NCBI GenBank assembly: GCA_965204725.1
Contig: OZ242005.1
Span: forward strand, 4,576,001 to 4,640,000
Source: Candidatus Latescibacterota bacterium
Lineage (GTDB): Bacteria > Latescibacterota > UBA2968 > UBA8231
Direction of reading: 5' to 3'
Length of the DNA stretch: 64,000 bases
The notes under the pieces are model-generated. The model did not search any database, was not told the DNA's origin, and worked only from the letters and a program-made list of their open reading frames with translations. How positions within the stretch are numbered: the stretch's first letter is position 1; each line of letters begins with the position of its first letter. Shown piece by piece: positions 9,698 through 19,674 of this stretch. Made by a program: the position numbers and the translations under genes.

Positions 9698-10966
9698 CTA
9701 TAACCTGTAAAAGCCTTTAATGGTCTTACCGTTAATCCTAGCGCCCTTGGTTGCGGTCGCCGTAGCGATATCCACTTGATAGACATGGGCTTCACTGGCC
9801 GTTTCGATGCTGACATAGACTTTGCCTTCTTTCACCGTCACTGGCGAGGAATAGCGCTTGGCGTGTAAAGGCACATTGGAGACTTCGGTCACAGTCTGAT
9901 TCGCTAGGTCGAGGATCGCCAACTGCTGGTTAAAAACATCCCGGCCGAAGGCCGCCCACAGGCCGCCATCATCCTGCGTTATGATCCGCGCGATGGCCCG
10001 CTCGCCGCCTATATAGTCAAACCAGAAGAGCTTCCCACCTCCTGTCGCAGCCTCGACATCAAAGAAGTAACCGGGATCGAAGTCGGTGCTACCCGACCGT
10101 ATCCTCAAGATGCCCGAGGGCTTGGTAGAAGCGGGGGCAAAGCCGGCCATGGCGGCACCGCTGGAAAAGGAATACAGGTCACCGCTGGCGGTTTCGATCA
10201 AGCCGGTAGTAGCACCGTTGACGCCGATATTGGACGTTCTAGGGTCGGCGATGATCTTCTCCGGCTCGGAGCCGACCTCGGGATAGGAATAAACGGCGAC
10301 GAAGGCACTGTCCGGGCTAGGAGTGGTAAAAAAGCCGGCCGCGTCCAGCTTGTGGAAGGGCACGAAGAGCTTATCGCCTCTGACTTGGAGCGCGGTCGGC
10401 CACGCCACGAGCGAATCCGACGCCGACGCGAAAATTTGCGTACCGACGATCTTGGTCACAAATACGGTGTTGACGTCGACAAAGTGGAGCCGGCGGTTGG
10501 CAAAACCCGCCCTAGGAATCTCCATCGCCAGCAGCGTCTGACCATCGTCAGAGTGCCCGAACATCTCCAGCGCGTTTTCAAAAATAAATTCGCCTTTTTT
10601 GACCAAAGCACCGCTGCCATCGTCGATGTAGCCGGCACATTGGTTGTCGTCGCTATACCCCGAAGCGAAGAGGGTTTTGCCAACTGGGTAGTAGAATCGC
10701 CACCCCGTCTGCTCGATTCCTTCGCCGATGGCCGAAATCTCGCCGGAGAGAATATCTCCCCGGGTGATGATGAATTCGGTCTCGTCCCCGCCGGTAGTCT
10801 TAAAGGCCATCGTGATGCCTGATGTTTCCGTCGGTTCGGTTGCTCCCCCGGGGGCTGTCACCTTGTCGTCGTCGCCGCAAGCCAGCAACGCCAAAGAGAA
10901 CGTCAGTCCCAGCAAGAGAAACAGCTTTTTGCCGTACTCGATAGTGGGAAAATTAAGATGCCGCAT
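9698..10966 (-). CDS. DUF4374-like surface lipoprotein (XusB-like)
   Basis: LLAC lipobox followed by acidic GDDD; GIEQTGW, KPSGILRI, FDPGYFFD typical of Bacteroidota DUF4374; AGGAGG RBS. Confidence 0.8.
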   Translation of the reverse strand: MRHLNFPTIEYGKKLFLLLGLTFSLALLACGDDDKVTAPGGATEPTETSGITMAFKTTGGDETEFIITRGDILSGEISAIGEGIEQTGWRFYYPVGKTLFASGYSDDNQCAGYIDDGSGALVKKGEFIFENALEMFGHSDDGQTLLAMEIPRAGFANRRLHFVDVNTVFVTKIVGTQIFASASDSLVAWPTALQVRGDKLFVPFHKLDAAGFFTTPSPDSAFVAVYSYPEVGSEPEKIIADPRTSNIGVNGATTGLIETASGDLYSFSSGAAMAGFAPASTKPSGILRIRSGSTDFDPGYFFDVEAATGGGKLFWFDYIGGERAIARIITQDDGGLWAAFGRDVFNQQLAILDLANQTVTEVSNVPLHAKRYSSPVTVKEGKVYVSIETASEAHVYQVDIATATATKGARINGKTIKGFYRL

Positions 10967-10992
10967 GGCTACCTCCTTGATTGGGTTAAATT

Positions 10993-13341
10993 TTACTTGA
11001 GAGAATACCTGATTTTGATGTGTGCGGACCGGCCCGGTTTCTGGATGTTGAAGTGGTCATAGACGCGCGCGTTGGTGAGGTTGTTGACGGTTAGGGATGC
11101 GTTGTAGCGACCACCGTTTAGCGCGTACTCCGCCTCAAAGTCGTGGGTCAACTGTCGGGGGATGATGTTTTTGTGTTCCCTGTCGCCCAAGTTTTCCCAC
11201 AGTAGGAAAAACGCCTCGACGAAGTGGATACTCCAATAGAAGTGCCACTGCCGGTTGTGGCTCAAGCCGATCCGGGTATTGGCAAAAAGGTGAGGCACGT
11301 TGGGAATTCTGCTGCGGTAATTGGCGTTGGGTAGTCCTTCGTCAAAGCGAGTTTGGTCCGTCAGGCTCTGGTAGGTGATGTTGGCATTGACGGCGACGAG
11401 ATCGCGGTAATTGGTGTCGATCTCCCCTTCCACTCCCACTGTTCTCACGTCCTCTAGGTTTTCGTATTCGCCAAACGGCCCTAGGGGATTGAAGCGAATA
11501 AAATCCTCTGAGAAGCGATAGAAGAAGTTGGCTTCCGCCTCGACCAGATGTGGGGTCAAGCACCAGCCTAGGTTGAAATTGCGGCTGGTCTCTGGTCGCA
11601 ACGCAGGGTTGGGGTTGATGTAGATGCCGTCGCCGAGAATCTCAAAACTTTCTGGAACGCGATAGGCCCGTTCAAAGGACGACTTTAGCTGGATGTTGGC
11701 GGTCGGGTGGTACGATACAGCTAAGCCGTATCCCGTTGCGTCTAGCTTAGTTCGGGTCGTTATGTCGTTGTTTTGGTAGTCTTGGGTGACGATCCGTCCA
11801 GCATACCAGTATCGCTTGCCGAAAACGGTGGCTTCAAAGGCGTCGGCGCGGCTATATGTATAGGCTAGGCCGAGCAAGTTCTTGTGGATGTAGTTGGGGG
11901 ACTCGAAGGAGCGATTGAAGCGATCTACCGCGTCCTCGCCGGTCCGTCGCAGATAGCTCTGGGTGGCGTTTAGACTCAGGCTATGTTGCTCGGCTATGGA
12001 ATAATCGGTGCCAATGTTGCTCCTCAGTATCCAATCCGACAATTCGAGCGAGGAGCGCCGTTCGGCTAATTCGCCCTTGGGGTCGTCCGGTGCTCGTTTA
12101 ATAGAATCGCCGGTCCAGTTGTACTTGCGGGTGCTGGTGTCCACCACGTTGGTAACTATTCGACCGCTGATGGCAAAGAGCTTCAGGGCCAAGTTGTCGT
12201 CGAACCGGTTACCGTAGTTTATCGACGCCAAGACAGTGCTGTTGGTCGCGTGAAATTCCCCGAATACCCGGTTGATGTTGTTGTCGGGGTGCTGGTAATC
12301 CTTCCTGCTCGCCGCCGCGATAACCCCTAGCGAGAGCCTATCGGCACGCTTTTTAGCGAACAACCCTGCTTCGCCGTGTACCATCGCTGAGGTGAAGTCG
12401 TCGTGGAATCGCCGAGTGCGTATCGCGCCTAGAGCATTGCCCAATTCCAAGTCGTGGACCGGGCTATCGTCCATCCAGTAGTCGTTGTCCGCGTGGTTGT
12501 AAAAGGACGCGACCTTGAGGAAGAGACCCTCGCCAGCGTACTGGCCGTTGAATGAGGCCCGTCGCGTAGAGAACGATCCATTGGCAAGGGCCACATCGAG
12601 AAATGATCGCTGTTGGAGGTCGGTTACTATATTGACGGCCCCGCCCAAGGCGTCGGCTCCGAGCGACACGGGTACTACGCCCTTGTAAACCTCAATTTTG
12701 TCAACGAGGTTGACGGGGTAATTGTCAAGCGACAGTGCCGCGCCGAAATTTTCCATCGGTACGCCGTCGATAAAGTAACGGATCTGGTTGCCCGACAACC
12801 CGTTTAACGAGAGTTTGAAGCCCGACCCTAGCCCACCGGTCTGCCGCAGGTTGATACCTGGGATGCTTTTAAGGACCGCATTGACGTCGGAAGTTAAATT
12901 CTTCTGTCTTTCGCTTTCGATTACGGACACTGCGTATCCCCGTTGCCGCAGTTGTTCCGCAGCCGACTTGCCCTCCACAATGGTTTCCTGTACGGAGAAA
13001 ACCTCTTCTGCGAGAGCGGCGTAGTGTGTCAGGGCTTGGCCCGCGACCAGTGCAATTTCGAGGGATTGTTTTTGATAACCGAAAGCGGAAATGACTAGAG
13101 TATAGGAACCAGAGCCGAGGTTCGTGAGCGCGTACTGGCCGTCGGCGTCCGTATAGGTTCCTATCTCGGCTAGCGAGACCGCGACCCCCGCGAGGGGAAC
13201 TCCAGTGCTGTCGGTAATCGTACCGCTAATGGTGGCCGTTCCGCTCTGGCCGACCGCCGGAGCGACATAGATCACCATGAAAAGACAGTAGGCATAGCAG
13301 TTTATAGGCAATCTATGGTTTTGGTCTATAACGCCTATCAT
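10993..13341 (-). CDS. TonB-dependent receptor with carboxypeptidase-regulatory-like N-domain (XusA-like)
   Basis: IEVYKGVVPVSLGADALGGAVNIVT plug motif; C-terminal NNLTNARVYDHFNIQKPGRS; start uncertain. Confidence 0.9.
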   Translation of the reverse strand: MIGVIDQNHRLPINCYAYCLFMVIYVAPAVGQSGTATISGTITDSTGVPLAGVAVSLAEIGTYTDADGQYALTNLGSGSYTLVISAFGYQKQSLEIALVAGQALTHYAALAEEVFSVQETIVEGKSAAEQLRQRGYAVSVIESERQKNLTSDVNAVLKSIPGINLRQTGGLGSGFKLSLNGLSGNQIRYFIDGVPMENFGAALSLDNYPVNLVDKIEVYKGVVPVSLGADALGGAVNIVTDLQQRSFLDVALANGSFSTRRASFNGQYAGEGLFLKVASFYNHADNDYWMDDSPVHDLELGNALGAIRTRRFHDDFTSAMVHGEAGLFAKKRADRLSLGVIAAASRKDYQHPDNNINRVFGEFHATNSTVLASINYGNRFDDNLALKLFAISGRIVTNVVDTSTRKYNWTGDSIKRAPDDPKGELAERRSSLELSDWILRSNIGTDYSIAEQHSLSLNATQSYLRRTGEDAVDRFNRSFESPNYIHKNLLGLAYTYSRADAFEATVFGKRYWYAGRIVTQDYQNNDITTRTKLDATGYGLAVSYHPTANIQLKSSFERAYRVPESFEILGDGIYINPNPALRPETSRNFNLGWCLTPHLVEAEANFFYRFSEDFIRFNPLGPFGEYENLEDVRTVGVEGEIDTNYRDLVAVNANITYQSLTDQTRFDEGLPNANYRSRIPNVPHLFANTRIGLSHNRQWHFYWSIHFVEAFFLLWENLGDREHKNIIPRQLTHDFEAEYALNGGRYNASLTVNNLTNARVYDHFNIQKPGRSAHIKIRYSLK

Positions 13342-13400
13342 GTGTCTATAATTCCTATCATTTGTCTATATCGACAATCACCTGTATATATTAGAAACCA
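13321..13400. repeat. Four degenerate 20-bp tandem repeats at the TonB receptor 5' end
   Basis: ttggtctataacgcctatca / tgtgtctataattcctatca / tttgtctatatcgacaatca / cctgtatatattagaaacca. Confidence 0.75.
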
Positions 13401-13501
13401 ATAGTTTGAAATGGCAAACAATAATTTGATACCTTTTACATGCTTTGTCAAGGAGACTTGAGAAATCGCAACTGCTGATCCGCCTGAAGTCTCTTGCTCA
13501 T

Positions 13502-13541
13502 AAAAAAATTGCCGACGTCTTTTGAACGTCGGCAATTTTTT
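13502..13541. terminator. Bidirectional terminator-like hairpin
   Basis: AAAAAATTGCCGACGT-cttttga-ACGTCGGCAATTTTTT perfect inverted repeat. Confidence 0.7.
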
Positions 13542-13596
13542 AGACTGACTTAGTCTATGAGATAGCCTCTAACCAATAATCCCAATGGAGCGATAG

Positions 13597-14187
13597 ATGG
13601 ATGCTGCGCGCCTTGAAGCCCAACTTGGTTTCGTCCTCGAAGTCGAAAAGCTCAAACAAGTCTTTCGCCAGACGCTGTTGTTAGGCGACCATCGTCGAGA
13701 AAACGACGCTGAACATTCGTGGCACCTGAGCGTGATGGCCGTTCTACTGGTCGAGTACGCAACGGCGGAAGTCGATCTGCTCAAGGTGCTCAAGATGCTG
13801 TTGATCCACGATGTGGTGGAAATTGACGCTGGCGACACCTTCGTCTATGACGTGGCGGCCAACGAGGATAAGGCCCAACGCGAGCAGCAAGCTGCGGACC
13901 GGCTGTTCGGCCTGTTGCCGGCCGATCAGGCGAGTGCCTACCGCGCCCTGTGGGACGAGTTTGAGCAGCGACAGAGCGCGGAAGCGCGCTATGCGGCGGC
14001 GCTCGACCGGCTACAGCCGCTATTGCTCAACCTTTACACCGACGGAGCGGCGTGGCAGCGCCATGGGATCAAGAAGGCGCAGGTGATCGCGTACAACGAG
14101 CACATCGGGGAAGGGGCGCCGGCGTTGTGGGAATGTGCGCGGAAGTTGATTGACGCCGCGGTGGCAAAGGGGTTTTTGGCCGAATAG
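13597..14187 (+). CDS. HD-domain hydrolase
   Basis: RENDAEHSWHL, LIHDVVEIDAGD, ALDRLQP. Confidence 0.9.
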   Translation: MDAARLEAQLGFVLEVEKLKQVFRQTLLLGDHRRENDAEHSWHLSVMAVLLVEYATAEVDLLKVLKMLLIHDVVEIDAGDTFVYDVAANEDKAQREQQAADRLFGLLPADQASAYRALWDEFEQRQSAEARYAAALDRLQPLLLNLYTDGAAWQRHGIKKAQVIAYNEHIGEGAPALWECARKLIDAAVAKGFLAE

Positions 14188-14188
14188 C

Positions 14189-15487
14189 TCAGGCCGGGAC
14201 AAAGCGCTCTAGCCGCCAGCGCTTGGCCCAAGTCTTTTCCAAGCGCACACACAAGCAGACGTCGTTGCCGGTGTAGGTCTCTGCGAGGACCTGCCCCTGC
14301 TGGTGTAGATGGGCTAAGAGCCGGCCTTCGGCTTGGGGAACCTGTAGTTCCAAGGTGACGTCTCCGGCGACGCTGTACGCGCGGATTTTGTCGCGCAGCG
14401 CGTCGAGGTTGATGGCTTGGCGGGCCGAGATGGCAATGGCGTCTTGGCGGGCCGCGTACGCGGCTACGATCCGCTCTTCTTCGCCGCGAGCCACTTGATC
14501 GATTTTGTTGTACACCATCAGGGTAGGGCTGTCTGCAAGCCCTAGGCTGTGAAGGACTTGCTCCACTGTGGCGATCTGCGCCTCGCAGTGCGGAAAGCTC
14601 AAGTCGATGACGTGGAGCAGCAAGTCGGCCTCCACAGCCTCTTCGAGCGTGGCGCGAAACGAGGCAAACAGGTGGTGGGGCAGGCGGTTGATAAAGCCGA
14701 CCGTGTCGGTGAGCAGAATCTTGTGGTTGCGGTCGAGGGCAATGGCGCGTGTGGTGGAGTCCAAGGTGGCAAAGAGCTGATCCTCAACGAGGACATCCGC
14801 GCCAGAAAGCACCCGCATCAGGGTCGATTTGCCGGCGTTGGTATAACCCACGAGAGCCACCTTAAAAACATCCGCACGATTTTTGCGGTTGGTCGCCATC
14901 TGCACGCCGATCTTGTCGAGCTTGGCCTCTAGGGCGTTGATTTGCCGGCGAATCAGGCGGCGGTCAATTTCCAACTGGGTTTCGCCCGGGCCGCGGACGC
15001 CGGCGGCCCCCATGCCGCGGATGGCCCCGCCGCCGGCTTGGCGCGAGAGGTGGGTCCAGTAGCGAGTCAGGCGCGGCAGAAGGTAGTTGAGCTGGGCCAG
15101 CTCGACTTGTAGCTGGGCCGTGTGGGTGCGGGCGTGGTGGGCGAAGATGTCCAAAATCACGGCGCTGCGGTCGAGAATGCGGCGTTTGGTGACGCGCTCC
15201 AAGTTGCGCATCTGGGCCGGCGAGAGGTCGTTGTCAAAGACGATCACCTCGGCTTGGCAGTGGGCCGCGAGCTGCTTGAGGGAGGCGGCCTTGCCTTTGC
15301 CGATGTAGTGGGCTGGATCAATGCGCTCGCGCCGTTGGATGCGGCGCTCGGCCTCGACGAGGCCAGCGGTGGCAACTAAGCGGCCGAGTTCGTCGAGGGA
15401 GTATTCGGCCTCCCAAGCGGGCATCTTGGGCAGGGCGACGCCGACGAGGATAGCTCGTTCTGGGTGTAGCGGGCGGTTTGCTTCCAT
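14189..15487 (-). CDS. hflX: GTPase HflX
   Basis: GPGETQLEIDRR, GYTNAGKSTL, LFATLD, DTVGFI, NKID. Confidence 0.97.
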   Translation of the reverse strand: MEANRPLHPERAILVGVALPKMPAWEAEYSLDELGRLVATAGLVEAERRIQRRERIDPAHYIGKGKAASLKQLAAHCQAEVIVFDNDLSPAQMRNLERVTKRRILDRSAVILDIFAHHARTHTAQLQVELAQLNYLLPRLTRYWTHLSRQAGGGAIRGMGAAGVRGPGETQLEIDRRLIRRQINALEAKLDKIGVQMATNRKNRADVFKVALVGYTNAGKSTLMRVLSGADVLVEDQLFATLDSTTRAIALDRNHKILLTDTVGFINRLPHHLFASFRATLEEAVEADLLLHVIDLSFPHCEAQIATVEQVLHSLGLADSPTLMVYNKIDQVARGEEERIVAAYAARQDAIAISARQAINLDALRDKIRAYSVAGDVTLELQVPQAEGRLLAHLHQQGQVLAETYTGNDVCLCVRLEKTWAKRWRLERFVPA

Positions 15488-15647
15488 TGCTTATCAAACA
15501 CAAATAGAGCGCATCACTTTGTCAACACCGCAAGCCTGTTGCGCGCCTTCGCGTGGGCGAGCGGTTGCGGCAACAAAGATCGCCTTGTTGCAACCGACGC
15601 GCTCCTATATGTTCAGGCCGCAGCGCACGACGCGGGAGGTCAAGTGC

Positions 15648-16133
15648 ATGGTCATCGTACTAATGGGCGTAACGGGCAGCGGTAAGACGACGGTGGGCGA
15701 GTTGCTCGCCCAACAGCTCGGCTGGGCTTATTACGACGCGGACGATTTCCACCCGGCAGCCAACGTGCGCAAAATGGCCAGCGGTACGCCGCTCGTTGAC
15801 GCGGACCGCTGGCCTTGGCTCGAGACCCTCGCTGCGGCCATCGGCCAGTGGCTCCGCACCGAGCAAGGGGCGATCCTCGGCTGTTCCGCGCTCAAACAGA
15901 GCTACCGCGACCTCTTGGTCGGCGGCCGGCCCGATGTGCAGGTCGTCCATCTCAAAGGCCCGAAGGCCCTCATCGCCCAGCGGCTCAAAACGCGGCAGCA
16001 TCGCTATATGCCGGCCGCCCTGCTCGACAGCCAGTTTGCGACCCTCGAAGAGCCGAGCGACGCGCTGAGCGTGGATATCGGCCCGCCCCCCGCCGCCATT
16101 GCCGCGACCATTCGCACGGCCTTGAAGCTCTGA
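15648..16133 (+). CDS. Gluconokinase
   Basis: GVTGSGKTT, DADDFHPAANVRKMASG, DRWPWL, LLDSQFATLEEP; GGAGG RBS before ATG 15648. Confidence 0.92.
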   Translation: MVIVLMGVTGSGKTTVGELLAQQLGWAYYDADDFHPAANVRKMASGTPLVDADRWPWLETLAAAIGQWLRTEQGAILGCSALKQSYRDLLVGGRPDVQVVHLKGPKALIAQRLKTRQHRYMPAALLDSQFATLEEPSDALSVDIGPPPAAIAATIRTALKL

Positions 16134-16240
16134 TTTTCTGGTGTTGCCTCTGCGTCCGGGATCGAGGGCGTCCCGCCCTCTACGAGGGCAAGATGCCCTC
16201 GATCCTTGGTCGGCGGTCGCTGGTGTCGCGTAGTAAGGGC
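16134..16240 (+). repeat. Dispersed REP-like element, copy 1
   Basis: Two hairpins GAGGGCGtccCGCCCTC and CGAGGGCAagaTGCCCTCG; homologous to 35118-35225 (reverse) and 60165-60243. Confidence 0.85.
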
Positions 16241-16246
16241 GCAAAG

Positions 16247-17935
16247 TCATCCCAAGTACACAAACAAGTAAATCGCCAAGAAAATCGTCACTAACAACAC
16301 GCTGCTGCTGATGGGCCACGCCCGGGCAAAGACGCCCGCCGGGCCGTGGTACTGGCGCACCTGCTCCACGAGCGAAAAAACCTGTCGCTTGCCCCAAGCG
16401 ATCAATCCATCCCGCAGCGGCGCACCCCATTGTACGCACCACCGCGCTGAGCGCGGCAGCAGCTTTCGGTAGGTCCAATCTACGTCGATATTGGCCGAGC
16501 GCAGCTCCGGTGGGTACAGGCCCGTCAGCTTGAGCGCGACAAAGGCCAGCGCCGAAAAGAACAACAACTGGAGTTGTAAGACGATGTGGGTCGCGTCGTA
16601 TGGGGCGTAGTCAACCGAGTAGGGCAGGAGTCGGTACAGATAGTGCGGGAACAAGCCGATGCCAATGCACAGCGCCGCCCCAAGCCCCATGGCCCAGAGC
16701 ATGTTGCGCGGTGCTTCGCGGCAGCGGAGCCCCGCGTCGTGGGCGAAGAAGGCAAAGAAGGGAACTTTGATGCCGGCGTGGTGGAAGACGCCGGCCGAGG
16801 CAAACAGCAGCAGCAGCCACACCACGAGGTGCCCCTCGTTGGCCGCGGCCCGCATGATCATGGACTTGCTGACAAAGCCGCTAAAGAGCGGGAAAGCCGA
16901 AATTGACGCGGCCCCGATCATGCAGAAGCCGCAGGTCCAAGGCATGGATTTGTACAGGCCCCCGAGGTCCGAGCCGTTGATCCGGCCGGTGCGGTAGAGC
17001 ACGGCTCCCATCGACATGAACAGGAGTGACTTGTAGAGGATATGGGCAAAGGCGTGGGCCACCGCGCCGTTGACGCCCATGCCCGGCCCCAAGCCGACGC
17101 CGACGACCATAAAGCCAATCTGGTTGATCATGCTGTAGCTCAACACGCGGCGCAGATCATTTTCAATGACCGCATAGAAGATGGGGAACATCGCCATGGC
17201 CGCGCCGATGTAGAGCAGGTATTCAGTGCCGGCAAAACTACGCGCCAACACATAGACAGCAGTCTTGGTGCTAAAGGTACTCAAAAAGACCGCGCCAGTG
17301 GGCGTGGACTCTGGGTAAGCATCCACCAGCCACGAGTGCAAGAATGGGAAGGCGCATTTAATGCCAACGCCGAGAAAAATCAGCCGCGTGGCCCAGCTAT
17401 CAATGCCCAAATGCCCCAGCGCCAGCGAGCCGGTCTGCTGGTAGTGCCACGCCGTGCCGACCACGAGCAGCAGACCGGAGCTGATGTGGATCAGCAGATA
17501 GCGCGTCCCAGCGGCAAGGGCCTTTTCGCTCCGGCTCGCCCAGATCTGGAAGACCGAGGTAATCGCCAACAGCTCCCAGAAGATGAAGAGCACGATGAGA
17601 TCGCCGGCAAAGACCGCCCCCACGGCCGCGCCCGCGTATAGGAGGCCGGTCGCCTGTTGCAGGCGGTCGCGCAAGTGCAGCGAGAAGAGCGCGGCGAGAA
17701 AGGCGGCCAAGTGAAAGAGATAGCCAAACAGCAGGCTGAGTTGATCGACGCGCACCCAGTGCAGCTCGTACCCGGCCAGCGAGCCGACTTGGCTGTCGCC
17801 GGCTTGGTAGCCGAGGAGGTTGCAGAATCCGGCTAGCGGCAACAGGAGCAACGCCACCCGCCGCCCGGCCAGCGGCAAGACGGGCAACAGCAGCCCGCCC
17901 AAGAGCAGGAAGACCGCCGGGTGCAGGCTAGTCAT
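16247..17935 (-). CDS. Mrp Na+/H+ antiporter subunit D/A-like (third large subunit)
   Basis: FWELLAITS, LHSWLVDAYPE, VLSYSMINQIG, HAFAHILYKSLLFM. Confidence 0.9.
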   Translation of the reverse strand: MTSLHPAVFLLLGGLLLPVLPLAGRRVALLLLPLAGFCNLLGYQAGDSQVGSLAGYELHWVRVDQLSLLFGYLFHLAAFLAALFSLHLRDRLQQATGLLYAGAAVGAVFAGDLIVLFIFWELLAITSVFQIWASRSEKALAAGTRYLLIHISSGLLLVVGTAWHYQQTGSLALGHLGIDSWATRLIFLGVGIKCAFPFLHSWLVDAYPESTPTGAVFLSTFSTKTAVYVLARSFAGTEYLLYIGAAMAMFPIFYAVIENDLRRVLSYSMINQIGFMVVGVGLGPGMGVNGAVAHAFAHILYKSLLFMSMGAVLYRTGRINGSDLGGLYKSMPWTCGFCMIGAASISAFPLFSGFVSKSMIMRAAANEGHLVVWLLLLFASAGVFHHAGIKVPFFAFFAHDAGLRCREAPRNMLWAMGLGAALCIGIGLFPHYLYRLLPYSVDYAPYDATHIVLQLQLLFFSALAFVALKLTGLYPPELRSANIDVDWTYRKLLPRSARWCVQWGAPLRDGLIAWGKRQVFSLVEQVRQYHGPAGVFARAWPISSSVLLVTIFLAIYLFVYLG

Positions 17936-18188
17936 AGTAATCCTCGCGGCGCATCAGCACCTTGCGTAGCTGAGTGGCCAGCAAAACCAAGAGCACACAA
18001 GCGACAAATCCGTATATCGAGTAAAAGCCGAACCATCCTTCAACCGGAAAGACCCCCTCGGCAAAGCTCAAGTGCCGATGGAAGAGCAAGTCTATCCCCA
18101 AGAGCACGGCACAGAGCGCGAAGAAGATCCGTATCAAGCGATAGACGTTCCGCGGCGAGTCGAATAGATGGTTTTTCTTTGCAGGCAT
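17928..18188 (-). CDS. Small membrane protein in the Mrp operon
   Basis: MPAKKNHLFDSP...GFYSIYGFVACVLLV...LMRREDYYD; GGAGG RBS; overlaps next gene. Confidence 0.75.
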   Translation of the reverse strand: MPAKKNHLFDSPRNVYRLIRIFFALCAVLLGIDLLFHRHLSFAEGVFPVEGWFGFYSIYGFVACVLLVLLATQLRKVLMRREDYYD

Positions 18189-18192
18189 GGCC

Positions 18193-19674
18193 TTATCCTC
18201 CGATTTGGCGGCAGAGGTCGAGGAGCGGGTCGGGGTAGAGGAAGAGCACCAGCCCGCCCAGTGCCGTGCAAACCAGCGGCAGGACGCAGGCCAGCGGGGC
18301 TTCTTGGAGGCCGTTTTCTCCATCCGGTGCTGCGTAGAAAAAGGCATTGACGGCCACGGGGAATAGATAGGCGATGTTGAGCAGTGAGCTTAGCAAGAGT
18401 ACGCCGATGGCCGCGTACTGCTCGGCTTCCAGCCCGGCGAGGATGAGATACCACTTGCTCCAAGCCCCCCCCAGCGGCGGCAAGCCGATGATGCTGAGCG
18501 AGCCGACGAGAAAGGCCCCCATCGTCCAAGGCATCTGTCGGCCAATTCCTTTCATCTCGCTGATCTCGGTCTTGTGCAGGGCTACTGCAATGGCCCCGGC
18601 GCAAAAGAAAAGGGTGATTTTGCCAAAGGCGTGCATGGCAATGTGCAGGCTGCCGCCGAGGATGCCCCAACTATTGGCCATAGCCGCGCCGAGCACGATG
18701 TACGCGAGCTGACTGACGGTGGAATAGGCCAAGCGCGCCTTGAGGTTGTCCTTGGTCATGGCGACCAGCGAGCCAAGCAGAATGGTGGCGCAGGCCGCGT
18801 AGGCCAAATACGTGCCCAAGCCCGTGTCGGCGAGCAGGTCAATGCCGAAGATATAGACGACCACTTTGAGGATGGTAAAGACGCCCGCCTTGACTACGGC
18901 CACCGCGTGCAGGAGGGCACTGACCGGCGCCGGAGCGATCATGGCGGCGGGGAGCCAGCGGTGGAAAGGCATTAGCGCGGCCTTGCCCGTGCCAAAGGCG
19001 TAGAGAAAGAGCAGGACGCCGAGGACCCACGTCGGGGCCTTGTCGGCGAGGATGCCCCCCGGGACGAAGGCGAGGGTGCCGGTGAGGTGATAGGTGGCGA
19101 CCATGGCCAGCAGCAGGAAGCCGATCGAGGTCGAGAGCAGCACGCCCATATAGACGCGGCCCCCCCGCGCACTTTGCCGGCTCGTGGAGTCGCTTTCGGG
19201 GCGGGTGCTGCGGTGGTGGGTGACCAGCGGATAGGTCGACAGCGTCAGGGCCTCGTAGCAGAAAAACAGCGTCAGCATGTTGCCGGCAAAGGCCGCGCCC
19301 AAGGCCGCGGCGATCGCCAAGGCAAAGAAGGCGAAAAAGCGGGTCTGGTGCTCCTCGTGATGCCCCCGCATGTAGCCGATGGAGTAGCAAGAAGTCGCCA
19401 TCCACAGCCCAGCGGCGATCAGCGCGAAGAGCGCACCGAGCGGCTCAACTTCAAAGACTAGCGACAGCCCCGGAAAGATTTCTATTAGCTGCACGGCTGG
19501 CCGGGTGCCGGCCGCGACTTTGGGGACTAGGGTACAGACCGCGGCAAAAGTGCCCAGCGCGGCGAGCAGGGTCGCGGCCTCGCGCAGGTTGGGACGGCGG
19601 CCCAAAAGGGCGATCAAGGGCGCGCCGGCCAAGGGCAGGAGCACGGCCGCGGCAATGGCCGTGGGGGCATTCAC
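18193..19674 (-). CDS. Mrp antiporter subunit D family
   Basis: GTG start overlapping previous TGA; WLPAAMIAPAPVSALLHAVAVVKAG, LKARLAYSTVSQL. Confidence 0.9.
   Translation of the reverse strand: MNAPTAIAAAVLLPLAGAPLIALLGRRPNLREAATLLAALGTFAAVCTLVPKVAAGTRPAVQLIEIFPGLSLVFEVEPLGALFALIAAGLWMATSCYSIGYMRGHHEEHQTRFFAFFALAIAAALGAAFAGNMLTLFFCYEALTLSTYPLVTHHRSTRPESDSTSRQSARGGRVYMGVLLSTSIGFLLLAMVATYHLTGTLAFVPGGILADKAPTWVLGVLLFLYAFGTGKAALMPFHRWLPAAMIAPAPVSALLHAVAVVKAGVFTILKVVVYIFGIDLLADTGLGTYLAYAACATILLGSLVAMTKDNLKARLAYSTVSQLAYIVLGAAMANSWGILGGSLHIAMHAFGKITLFFCAGAIAVALHKTEISEMKGIGRQMPWTMGAFLVGSLSIIGLPPLGGAWSKWYLILAGLEAEQYAAIGVLLLSSLLNIAYLFPVAVNAFFYAAPDGENGLQEAPLACVLPLVCTALGGLVLFLYPDPLLDLCRQIGG

Noticed and set aside
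15321-15647. N-terminal extensions in the ORF track (gluconokinase, PhyH 24350, folD 28001, mrpB 22857, mrpD 20019, OYE 46505, mlaF 56523)
   Set aside because: They overlap neighbouring genes; downstream starts with RBS or stop-start coupling fit the families better.
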